A DNA stretch of 59,960 nucleotides from IMG/VR virus record IMGVR_UViG_3300034374_009468, positions 1 to 59,960 of that record. One strand, written 5' to 3'. This document shows positions 26,445 to 38,000 of the stretch, piece after piece. A program made the position numbers and the translations under genes. Position 1 is the first letter of the stretch; the number at the start of each line of letters is the position of its first letter. The DNA comes from a virus. Lineage: Duplodnaviria > Caudoviricetes. The notes under the pieces were generated by a model, which was not told where the DNA came from, made no database searches, and worked only from the letters and a program-made list of their open reading frames with translations.

Positions 26445-29400
26445 TTATTTAATATAAAAATCTCTTTCTTCTAAATAGTTATTCCATTTTTGTATAGTAT
26501 ATAAAATAGGAACTACATCTCTCCATTCTTTAGCTAGTTTAAGTTCTCCTTTTTTAGGTCTTCTTTGATAAACATAATCACTATCAGCATAAAAACCTTC
26601 TTTACCTTTTATAACTCTTGCAAAAGGTGTAGAAACAGTTTGCGATAAAGCTTCTCCCATTTCCCCTAATAATTTTAAAGATGCTATAGGTGTATCTGCA
26701 GCTTGCCATACTTGAACATAAGCTGAAGGTAGAAAAGGCATAAATATAGTTAACTCTTTATAAGTTCTATCTGATTGATACATTAATATATTTTCAAATC
26801 TTTTTTCTAAATCAGAATCATCTTCATCACCACTAAAGAAACTCTGGAATATTTGTTTTAACATAAATGTAGTAAGTGTGATCATCAATTCAGCAACAGT
26901 TCTGTAAACATTAGCCATTTTATTATTAGCATATTGTTCTGCTTCTACTTCACTTTTACCTAAATTATTCAAAAAAGCTTCTTTTTGTTCTTCTAAAAAA
27001 GTTTCTTTGTATTTAAATAACTGTAAGTTTCCTTCAGCTATTTGTTGTTTAACATAAGCTAAAAACTTGAAAAAAGAAATATATCTCCCTTCCATCCAAC
27101 CTAAATTTTCATCAAAATATTCTTTTCTATATCTAGCTTTTATTGCGGGTATTACCCATTTATGAAATTGAAATATTAACTTTCCCCATGTAGCAGACTG
27201 CATTACTACTCTGTCTTCATAAGCATAACTACCATGTGCTTGTTTAATAACTTCTCTGATATAGTTTCTTAAATTATATCTAAATGCGTCATCAAATTCC
27301 ACTATAGTTCCATCTTTCTTCTGTATTTTAAAACCTTCTTTCAAAACTAAAGTTTGAGTGCTACCATCAAAATCCATAGCATCATATAAAGATAAAGTTT
27401 CACCAGTTGATTCATTTATTGCAACTTGGTCCATAACTATACTTATACCCATTTTAGTTTGAACATTATATTCACCAGCATCTTGAAAGATATATCCAAA
27501 TTCTTTAAATTTAGACCACCATGATTGATATGTAGAATCAGCACCTGAAGTTTTTTCACGTATATCTCCTTTATCATCCATCATCCTAAATAAATCAGCA
27601 AAAGCTTCATATTTATTCATTGGTTTATTTGGATTATAAGCTGAATTATTAGCAAAATTTAAAGTATTAAATGTTAAAATATCTTTTAAATTATCACTGC
27701 TTTCACCATAAGCTGTTCTTTGAATTAAACCAGGTATAAAAACCTTATTATATTCTAAGACAGCTCTAGCATAAGATTTTTTTGATGTAAATCTTTCACC
27801 TAAAGCTTCAATAGAGTTATTTAATCTACCAAGCGTATAGTTGTTAAAGTTACCAAATACGTTAAAAGCTATATAAGACAATGATGTCTGATCAATTATT
27901 TTTTCAGCAACTTTGTCATAAAAGTTTTTAGTCAACTGATCATTATCATAATAAATCATATGCATAAACTTCTTAGCTCTTCTTAAAATATTACTTTCAG
28001 AACCTTTTACGTAGGTCTCTTTTTTATCACCTTTTAAATATGTTACTAATTTGCTACCTGAAGCTTGAGTATATTTTCTATTTTCAATAGCTTTTACCAT
28101 AGCGTTTAGAGTATCTTCTATAGTACCCATTACTCTATAATGTTCAGCCATACCAGCAAACTTTTTTAAACCTGTAGCTAAATCTAAATTTAATTCATCT
28201 GCTCCTATTGAATTTTCTATTGATAATCTTTTAGAATTTAATTCTTTAAGTTTTTTCTTGTAGCTTATAATATCTATACTCTTATTTTTTCTTTTTTCAT
28301 GTAATAGATCTATTTCATCTATAACAGCTTTTAATTCAGATTCATCTTTTATTTTACCTGTATAATAAATAGGTAATGAATCTATTATTTCCCCATTTTC
28401 ATCAGTTGATACTAATCTTTGAGTGTTAGTTTCAGTAGTAAGATTATCTATACTTCTTGTCATCTTTGTCCAAAGACGTGTTACAATATTAGGCTTAGAC
28501 TTTAAATTATTGTATAACTTACTTCTTATCAAAGGAATTTTACCTGTCATAGATGATTTTACACCTGGAGGTAATGCATTTAATAATTTTTCCATAGTTT
28601 CAACATGAGCTAAGTAATATTCTTTTTGTGCTCTACCTAATTCAGTATCTGTATTTTCCATTATAGACTTATATCTTTCATTAAGTAAAGATTCTCCTTT
28701 AGATGTAAAGCTTGTAGTCACTATATATTTCTTCTTAGGAACCTGAATAGTAACGCCTGAAGATATTTGCCCTGTAAATAATCCGTTTTTTCTAACAGGT
28801 TGTGTATACTCTATACTATCAAAATATTTAGTTTTATAAGCTGTATAAGCAGCATTAGAAACACCTTTTGATTTCTTTGTCCAATATCCTCCTTTACCAT
28901 TAGAAATATATACTTCATATTTATCCCTAATATCTTTGAATTCTTGAGTATATTTATGAAAATCTCCATCTATTGGTTTATTACCAGCACCTTTTCTTTC
29001 AGCTTTCCAAAAATTACTGTATGCTTCTTTTGCTTTAGCTAATCTGATATTATATTCAATATCAGCTTGAGAAGCATTTTTTATATCATACACAGGTCTA
29101 TATTGTTTCCATACTCCATTTTCATCTATTAATTCATTTCTTAATTTAGTTAATGTTTCTTTATAAAGAGGACCCATTTTAGAAATTATTTCTCCAGTTG
29201 GTAAACCATTTTTATCAAATTCTAACATGAAATGAAATAATTTCTGAACATCTTTTTCTGGTGAAGCTTTTTGCAATCTATCAGCTAATAAATTTATTTT
29301 ATTGTTCATTTCTTCTAAAACATCATAAAACTCCTGCTTTTTATTTTTATATATTTTATCCATAAGAGCTAATAATGTATCTGAGGAAGAAGCGGTCTCA

Positions 29401-32090
29401 CCTACTTGAAGAACAGTACCTGTTATATCTTGAGCTACAGTAAGTAAATCATCTAAATCTTGTTCTGAAAAGTTTCTATTACTATTACTTTTAATTATTT
29501 CTTTTACATAATTTGTAATAGCTTGATCTATTATTCCAGTTTCATTACCTACTCCTACAAGAGTATTTAACTCTGATTGCAATTTTAAAATTATACTTCT
29601 TTGAGTATCATTTAAATACTCAGATTTTTTTACTTCATATAAACCTCTAAAAGTTTCAGCAAATCTGTTAAAGTTTAAAACATAACCTATATAATTTTCA
29701 TTATTAAAATTAGATGGTTCTTCTATATATTCTTTAAAATCTTTTATTTGTTTTAAAGCATCTCTCAATAAGGTTGTATATAAAGCACTTCTTGCTCTTG
29801 GACCTTCATTTTCAGCTAAAATTATTGTAGAAATACTATTTACTATATATTCTTTGGTTTGTTTAGTAGATCTATTCATATAGATATTACTCTTAATATT
29901 ATCAATAACTTCTTGCTTTTTAAGCAAAGCTTCTTTATATCTTTGTAATATGTTATAAACAATCATGTGATCACCTGATTCATGAGGTTTTTCTTCCTCT
30001 AACATTTCAGTTTCTGTAAGCATATCTTCTACAGTTACTTCATCTTCAGGTACTTCTATATCTCCTATTTCAATTTCTAGATCTAAATCTTTTCTTGAAG
30101 AAAATATTTTATCAATAGTATTTCTATTTTGAGAAATGGGGTGTTTAATTATTTCATCTTGTTCAAAAGCTCCAGTAAAAACTTGATTCTTACCTTTTCC
30201 TAAAACTTCAACTTTTACATGCATTGTTTGAACTGCTTCTTCTGATGAATCAAATTTATAACCCATTAATTCAAGCATAGCTCTATACATATTTACTTGA
30301 AAATTATGTTGTTGTCTAGTAGATAAAGATTTAATACCTAAATTTATTAAACTAGAATCTTCTTTTAATTCCCATTCTCTTTCGGGTTTTCCTTCATTAA
30401 AAGTTGCTGGATTTTTACTGGTTTTTAAATCTATTATTCTAAGTTCTCCATTTGGTAAAATAATTAATATATCAACTGTACCTGCTATTCTAGCATCTCT
30501 ATTGTGAACTATAACTTGAGGTATAGCTACACTACCTATAGGTATAGCATCATTTATAAAATCAGATAAAAAATCATAAGCTTCTTCACCTTTATTAAAA
30601 TTATCTAACATAGGTAATTTACTTGCTATTTCATTATAAGGTATACCTGATAAAATAGCATTCATTAAACTATCAAAATAATTACCTATTGTTAAATTTA
30701 ATTTATATTCTTCTAATCTAGCTGAATCCATTTTACCTTTTATTATTGTAGATACAGGTGTATATTCAGTAGCATCTGAACCATTAATTGCGTGATTTAT
30801 ATTAATATAAGTGTGACTTTCTTCATCAAATACTATTAAGTCTTTATGTTCATTTTCTCCTTCTAAGTTTTTACTGGCAAATAAATCATTAAACTCTTCT
30901 TCAGATGTCTGAGCAAGTTTAAATAATTTATTAATAATAGCACGTTGTTTATCATTAGCTCTCTCTAAAGCAAAATTCACAACTCTTTTTTTATCTTCTG
31001 ATAAACTATATTGTATTTTTCTTGAAGCTGTAGCATTAGGATTGAACTGAACTCTTTTAGTATTTAATTTTTTAGCTAGATCAGATAATGTTGTATTATC
31101 TCTGATTGAAATAGGTTCTATATTCAAATTTAAACCTGTGACTGCTTTATATAACTTATTTATAATATCACTTACCCATATTAGAAATTCTCTCAATCTA
31201 TTTTTAAAATTATTAGATGTGTTTTTTTCATATTCTTTTTTAAAATGTTTTGTTAAAGCTTGAGTTACTAATTCTAACTTTCTATCTTCTTTATTAAAAC
31301 CTTCATCATCATTATATAAATCTTCTATTTCTTCATTTAAAAGAGGGAAATTTTTTTTACTTTCATTATACAAATTATTAAATAGAACTAAATTATTAGT
31401 TTGTAAACTATTAACAAATGGATGAAGAACTTCTTCTATAGCTGTTTCATTTGTCACCTTTTCATCTATAAGTATAACTTCTCCATTATAATAAAAAGAG
31501 TTTACTTTTTTAAAATCAACTTTTGATTTAATATTATTAGGTAAAGAGTTATAATATCTTTCTGCTTCTTTTTCTGTTAAGTACTTAATTTTTACATCTG
31601 GAAATAAATCTCTTAAATAACCAATTAAATTCAAAGTTCTATTGGAATTATTATTAGCTTCCATAGATTTAGAATCTATAGGAATTCTTTTTTTAGGATC
31701 AATAGATACTTCTTTATAGGTTTTCTTTTTTTCTATTTTTAAAACATCTGATGAAATACCATTAAAATTTAAATACCTTCTAGCTAATTCTAATTTTACT
31801 TCTCTATTTTTATCATCAGGTATGATGTATCTATTTCTAGCTTTAGTTAATAAACCTAAACTAGCAAGATTATTAAGGATAGTATTTTGAAAATTAGAAA
31901 TATTATTTTTTAGATTTTTTTTCTCTAGTGATAGAAAATCTTTCATATCACTTAAAGTAGGGAAATCATCACTTTCATTAGCTTCTTGCCATTTATTAAT
32001 ATAAATGTTAGTTGTAATTTCGCTACCTACATATTCAGCTAATACTTTATATTCTTTTAAATTTTTATTATGACATTTCATATATAACAA
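26445..32090 (-). CDS. large virion cargo/ejection protein with degenerate zincin and PD-(D/E)XK nuclease domains
   Basis: 1881 aa directly after the vRNAP gene; EEVLHP (about 31419-31436); AGTVD...IIDLKTS (about 30418-30485) and QVNMY. Confidence 0.75.
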   Translation of the reverse strand: MLYMKCHNKNLKEYKVLAEYVGSEITTNIYINKWQEANESDDFPTLSDMKDFLSLEKKNLKNNISNFQNTILNNLASLGLLTKARNRYIIPDDKNREVKLELARRYLNFNGISSDVLKIEKKKTYKEVSIDPKKRIPIDSKSMEANNNSNRTLNLIGYLRDLFPDVKIKYLTEKEAERYYNSLPNNIKSKVDFKKVNSFYYNGEVILIDEKVTNETAIEEVLHPFVNSLQTNNLVLFNNLYNESKKNFPLLNEEIEDLYNDDEGFNKEDRKLELVTQALTKHFKKEYEKNTSNNFKNRLREFLIWVSDIINKLYKAVTGLNLNIEPISIRDNTTLSDLAKKLNTKRVQFNPNATASRKIQYSLSEDKKRVVNFALERANDKQRAIINKLFKLAQTSEEEFNDLFASKNLEGENEHKDLIVFDEESHTYININHAINGSDATEYTPVSTIIKGKMDSARLEEYKLNLTIGNYFDSLMNAILSGIPYNEIASKLPMLDNFNKGEEAYDFLSDFINDAIPIGSVAIPQVIVHNRDARIAGTVDILIILPNGELRIIDLKTSKNPATFNEGKPEREWELKEDSSLINLGIKSLSTRQQHNFQVNMYRAMLELMGYKFDSSEEAVQTMHVKVEVLGKGKNQVFTGAFEQDEIIKHPISQNRNTIDKIFSSRKDLDLEIEIGDIEVPEDEVTVEDMLTETEMLEEEKPHESGDHMIVYNILQRYKEALLKKQEVIDNIKSNIYMNRSTKQTKEYIVNSISTIILAENEGPRARSALYTTLLRDALKQIKDFKEYIEEPSNFNNENYIGYVLNFNRFAETFRGLYEVKKSEYLNDTQRSIILKLQSELNTLVGVGNETGIIDQAITNYVKEIIKSNSNRNFSEQDLDDLLTVAQDITGTVLQVGETASSSDTLLALMDKIYKNKKQEFYDVLEEMNNKINLLADRLQKASPEKDVQKLFHFMLEFDKNGLPTGEIISKMGPLYKETLTKLRNELIDENGVWKQYRPVYDIKNASQADIEYNIRLAKAKEAYSNFWKAERKGAGNKPIDGDFHKYTQEFKDIRDKYEVYISNGKGGYWTKKSKGVSNAAYTAYKTKYFDSIEYTQPVRKNGLFTGQISSGVTIQVPKKKYIVTTSFTSKGESLLNERYKSIMENTDTELGRAQKEYYLAHVETMEKLLNALPPGVKSSMTGKIPLIRSKLYNNLKSKPNIVTRLWTKMTRSIDNLTTETNTQRLVSTDENGEIIDSLPIYYTGKIKDESELKAVIDEIDLLHEKRKNKSIDIISYKKKLKELNSKRLSIENSIGADELNLDLATGLKKFAGMAEHYRVMGTIEDTLNAMVKAIENRKYTQASGSKLVTYLKGDKKETYVKGSESNILRRAKKFMHMIYYDNDQLTKNFYDKVAEKIIDQTSLSYIAFNVFGNFNNYTLGRLNNSIEALGERFTSKKSYARAVLEYNKVFIPGLIQRTAYGESSDNLKDILTFNTLNFANNSAYNPNKPMNKYEAFADLFRMMDDKGDIREKTSGADSTYQSWWSKFKEFGYIFQDAGEYNVQTKMGISIVMDQVAINESTGETLSLYDAMDFDGSTQTLVLKEGFKIQKKDGTIVEFDDAFRYNLRNYIREVIKQAHGSYAYEDRVVMQSATWGKLIFQFHKWVIPAIKARYRKEYFDENLGWMEGRYISFFKFLAYVKQQIAEGNLQLFKYKETFLEEQKEAFLNNLGKSEVEAEQYANNKMANVYRTVAELMITLTTFMLKQIFQSFFSGDEDDSDLEKRFENILMYQSDRTYKELTIFMPFLPSAYVQVWQAADTPIASLKLLGEMGEALSQTVSTPFARVIKGKEGFYADSDYVYQRRPKKGELKLAKEWRDVVPILYTIQKWNNYLEERDFYIK

Positions 32091-35000
32091 TTTTTTAAAT
32101 TTTCAATAAACTCCTCTATAGTAACACTAGTATTATTAAATTCCTGAAATAAATCTTCTGCAGTCTTATTTAATTTTTTTATTTGTTCTGGTGTTAAATC
32201 ATTAAGGAATCCTTTAATTTTATTTTTAGCTTTTAAAGTTTTAATAAAAACATCAGATGGAGCTTCAACATCAATATCAATATCATCAAAATTAATATCA
32301 TCACCTTCTTCTGGAGTTTTTCCAGAAATAGTTTGTGCTTTTTGATCTATGATTTCTTGAGGTATTGAATCAATCATAGATTCTATATCATCAATATTAA
32401 AATCTGGTTCATTAGGATCTAAGTACTCTTTACCGTTTTTACTTTCTATAAAAGCTTTTATTTCTTTCCCTGATATTCTTTCACCAAACATAAAACCTCC
32501 TGCCCATTGAGAGAAAGCACCTTCTGGTTGGAACTCTTCATATTCAGCATAATTAGCAGTAATAAAATCTTCATTAACATCGTTTGCTGTTTTAGAAGTA
32601 CTATAACTCACAAGTCTAAAATGTCTATAACTCTCAGTAATAGAATCTCCAACTTTTAATACATAAGGTATTTCCATTTCAAACACTTCTCCTATAGTTT
32701 TATTACCATAAGTAACAAATTCTAAATTATTATTTCTTATATTAGACTTGATTAAACTTTTATTTATACGTTTATTTTTATCTTTTAATTTTTCACCTTT
32801 AAGTTTTAAACCTTTTCTTTCAGAACCATAACCTTTTATAGAACCAACTTCGGTATTTTTTTCAGGATATAAATCAATTATTAATTTAGAATTTGAAATA
32901 CTATCCCGTATATAAATATATTTAGAGCCTAGATTTGTATCTAAATCTATCTTGACTTGTTTTAATATATCTGACATAGCCTGTGCTATCTTAGGACTTT
33001 TCTCTTTGATTTTCTTATACTCAGGTATTAAATTATCTAAATAAACAATTTTTTTATAATTTTTAAATTCCTTCTTTGACTTACCACTAATAAAACTATA
33101 AAAAGATTCTTTGAACTGAGATAATTGGTCATCTGTAACCAATTTTCCATCTTTATTTTTATAAGGTATTCTTAAAGCATTTTTCATTATTCCAAACTTA
33201 GAAATTAAGTTTTTATCTGCATATATAAATAAAGTATCAGGATTTTCTTGTACGTCTTTTAAAGTAAACTCTCTTACTGAATTTATATCTGATTTTATAG
33301 TGACTAAACCTGCACGGAAATTTTTAAGTTTAAATCTTAATTTATTACTTTTTAAATAACCAATTATAAAATCTTGAAAAAGACTTTCTTCATCTGTACC
33401 AAAAGTATTTAACATGTTAGTTTCAGTAGGATTTAAAAAAGCAGTTTCAATACCGTCTATTTGCTCCAAATACCTTTCATATATAAAAGGTGTTACAGCA
33501 TCTAATAAAGAACCGTAGTTATAAGACATTCCGTCTTTTACCATTATATAATGTATCAATTCGATAACAGAATCTCTTGTATAAGGATTTGTATATAATT
33601 TTACTAAATCTGATTGAATCTTAATTTTTGCAGAATCATTTAATTTTACAAAAGTATTTGCCATAGCTACATTAATACCATAGTTATTGTTTTCATCTTG
33701 GGCTTCACTTGCTATTACAAAATATTTAAGGAAAAAATTATTAGGATCTCTTTCTCTTAAACTAGATACTAAATCAGTTACTTTCTTACCTTCTAACTGA
33801 GGATATAAAATACTATTAGATAAACTACCTATCATACTAGAACCTGAAAGTTCTAAATTTTGCATGTAAGCTTTAATAGTAATATAACTTAATAAATCTA
33901 ATCTGAACTTTTCTAATTCTTCATCTGATACTTGTCTAAGATCAATATTTCTAATAAACTTATTATACATATTCATAAAGACTTCTGTCCGTGTTAAAAA
34001 TACTCTAGGTAATAGTTTATCTTTTATTTCTACAAATATATTATGTAAATTTCCTTGCCAAGTATTTTTTAAAATAGGTCTTATGTTAATTACAACTTCT
34101 CCTTTTCTGATTCTTGAATCAAAATATTTTTTATATTCAGAGTTTGTTAAATTTAAACCTAATGCTTCAGCATCTTTTTCTTTTCTTAATACATCTGTGT
34201 ATCTTTTACCAGGACCTTTTGTATGATTTAAAACAGAACCTAAATGACCAGTATAGTTTTTAATTTGTAAAGCTGTATAAAATTGCTCTAGAACACTATA
34301 TGTAGCACTTATTAAATAAGGGTCCATTTCTTCTAACTTCTCACTATTAACTTCATTTGTGATTAAATATTCTAATAATTCATCATTTACAGAAATTAAA
34401 AGAGGAATTTCTTTTTTACCCTTAGCTTTATCAAATAATCCAGGTAAACTTCCAAGTTCAATTTCAGTTAATTTTTTAATACCTGGATCTGTAGGTGTCT
34501 CTTTGTTTATTGCTTTGAAATATAACTGCTGTATTAATGGGTTATTTATTAATAAAATTGATGTTTTTAAAGGAACACCTAAAGCAACCATATTTGCAAC
34601 AACAGCAAGAGCATCTTTATTTAACCCCAATTTTGCAGATAAACGCAATTTAGCATTATCTGTCATTGCAGTAATTAATGCAGATATTAAATATTGTTTT
34701 CTATAAGGTACTCCTTTACCATCATCTCCTGCATATTCACCATCAAAATCTTCATATAGTATCTCATCAAATACTAAATTTTTTGTTAGTAATTCACCAG
34801 ATTGCTCATCTCTAATAACAGGTAAAGAAATTTTATATTCTTTTAATAAACTTAAATATAAGTTTGGTAAAACAGCTGCTCCAATAGAATTAGCTCCTGC
34901 TTTATTGGCTTCAAAAGCTTTCATTTTATTCATTAAATTATCAATATCTACATCTTCTTCTGAGTTAAGATTTTCAAAATAAGGTATAGTTTTAGATAAT

Positions 35001-38000
35001 TCGTCTAATAGATCTGTTAAAGGTTTAGTATCTGCAGGTTCATGTTGAATAGCTACATCTCTACCTTTAGTATTTGTAATATGTTCATTACCAAGTAAAG
35101 CAAATTTATAATCTAATATTTTATTATTTATAGCTTCTGTATAAGGTTCTTCATCATATTTATTTTTATATGAAACATAATCTTCATATGTTAATGGCAG
35201 ACCTAATTGAATAATTGCTTTAGCAACATTTTCTGAAATATTTTTATCATCAATGTATTTTAAAACATTATTTGTTAAACCAGAAGGATTCTTTTTATTA
35301 AACTTATCTACAGCTGCTCCATATACAGAACCTTGTTTTTTAACATTCTTACTTACACTTTTTATGTAATGTTCATAACCTTCCTTATTATCATTAACAT
35401 TTCCGTATTCATAAAATTGCCCATTTTCATAGAAATAAGCTTTCATGTGCATGTACAATTTATCAATATCAAAATCGGCACCTGATATTTCTATTAATTC
35501 TCTAGCAACAACTACTGAAGAACCGTAATATCCTGGCATGAAGTCTACCCATTTAACATTCATAAATGAATGTTTATCTTGAGAAGGAATACGTACAGTA
35601 AACATTTTAGATAAAAAGTCAGGCATTTTCTGATTAGTTCTTGCAAACATTTTAGCCATATTGATTTCATGTGGAGCCATTATCATTTCAGAATATCTTT
35701 GACCTGTATATTTATATTTGTCTTTTTCTACTTTTACATATTCTTTCATATTGTCTCTTAATCTATCAATTATAATTACAGGTCCTTTTTTCACAGCTTC
35801 AGCTAAACCACTTAAGTTTTTATCATCTCCTGCAATAGGACCGTTGTCTATATTATATTCTATTGCATTAGCATCATACATTCTGTGAAATACATCTTCT
35901 CTAATAATTTCTTGTTCATCAGGCATACCATTTTTATCTACACTGTATACTTTTCTATAAACTCTTACACCCATATCAGATACTAATGCTGCAGAAACTC
36001 CAGGAATTTTAGAAGCCATAACACCTTTAGTAAAGAAACTTAAGAATAATTGCTCAAATTTTAATACTGTTTGTGGATTATTTAAGTTATATTTTTGTTG
36101 TCCGTTTTCATCTACAGAAAACATTTCAATAATGTTACTTGTAGCATTAGATGCTTCTAATCCAGCAGCAGCATACATTAAAAAACTATATAATTCAGGT
36201 AGTAAAGAATTAGCTTTTTTACTTTTATCTAGTAATTCATTAGCTTTTTCTAAGTCAAATCTAAATATTAAATTTCTCTTATTTGTATAGTTTAAACGAT
36301 CTCTGTTAGTTAAAGCTTCATTATAAACATTTCTTATCTGAGCAATTGTAAAAGTTTTACCGTTTATGATTACTTCTGTATCAGGATTTTGTTCTGAAGT
36401 TATTATTGTCCTAACTTGGTTAGGATCTGTTATTTCTATTTTATTAGATGGGTTTATGGTTTGCAATCTCATATATTCTGCATCCATATCCATTCTATTA
36501 TCTGTTGAGTATTCTCTTCCAGAAGTAGCATCTTCGAAGGTTTGAATATTCATTTTTAATTTTTTCAATGCTGAAGCTGGTGCAGCTAAAGCAAGAGTTC
36601 CTCTACCTTCTGCCCACTCTCTTTCTTCAAATTTTTCCATTGAAACTCTAAGATTGTGAAGAGCTATTTTATTAGGTTTAGGTTTCCATATTCCATCTTC
36701 TTCATAAGATGTATATTCTTTAGTTAAAAAGAATATTGATGTTTTTAAATAAATCTTACCGTCATCATAAACAAACTTTTTAGAGTTCATCATAGCTTGC
36801 ATTTTAGCATAGCTTTGACCCCCTTCTGCGGATTCTAATAATTCTTCATATGGTATTTCTTCACCGTTTTCAATTCTTTGTAATAATCTTAATTGTTTAG
36901 GTGTTGTTTTACCTAAACCAAACCAAAAATGTTTAAATGCTTTTATTGTCCCGTAAGTTTGACCATCCGCTATTTGAACATTAGATCCTTCACCATAACT
37001 TTTAGTATTTTCAGGATCTTGAAAACCAAACATTGATATGTGTTTAGTTTCATGCATTATACCAAATTCTTCTGCAATAGCAGCTGTAGCAGCTGTATCA
37101 CCAGCAGCATTAGAACCTTTAGCACGTTTTATTTCATCTGTACTATCTTTTAGAATTAAAGCTCTATCTCCTAATAATATTTGATTTAAAGCTGAAGTAT
37201 TTAACCAATCATTAAAAAATATTTGTTTGAGGTTATAAGTAAAGTCATCTGTTAAATTTAATAAGCTGTTAGATAAATCTACTTGACTTGTTTTTTTACC
37301 ATCTGCATTTTTTAAACCTTCTTTAATGTAAGAACCTAATAAAGTATCAGCAGAAATCTGAGACATTTCATTTAAGAATTTTTCAAATTCTTTTTCTAAT
37401 CTATTGATTAAGAATGCTTTAAATTCTTCCATTCCTCCTAATTGTTCAATAGCCTCTTCAAAACTTAAATCATTATTTTCTGCAATTATATTTTCAATTT
37501 CTGTAGCCCAATCTTTTAGCATTTTAGGATCTGAAGCTATTTCAGTTTCTTGAGTATCTTCTACATCTTGATCAATTCCTGCATAATCTTCAAAAGAAAC
37601 ATATTCTTCTGTTTGTGGTAAATTAAGTTTACCTGTGTCAAACCATTCTTTACTGAATATTACATTAGAAGGAATTGTACCTGCTTCGTTAAACATATCA
37701 ATTAATTCATCACCGCTGTAACCATTTAAAGACTTTTTACTTCCCACATGTCGGTAAGCAACTTTAAAAGTTTTATCTGGGTTAGCTCTAGCAGTCTCAT
37801 ACATTTGTTTAACATTTGCTGTTATTTGGGCTGGAGTTACACTTTTCTTTTTACCAGGCTCAGTAACTGTAGTTAATCCATAAGCATTACCAGAGTCAGA
37901 TAACTTATTATCCATTTTCTCTCCTTGTTTAACTCCGAATTGAGTACTAGCTACTAACGCTGCACCTCCTGTGCCCCTTGAAGGATTACCATTCACTCCA

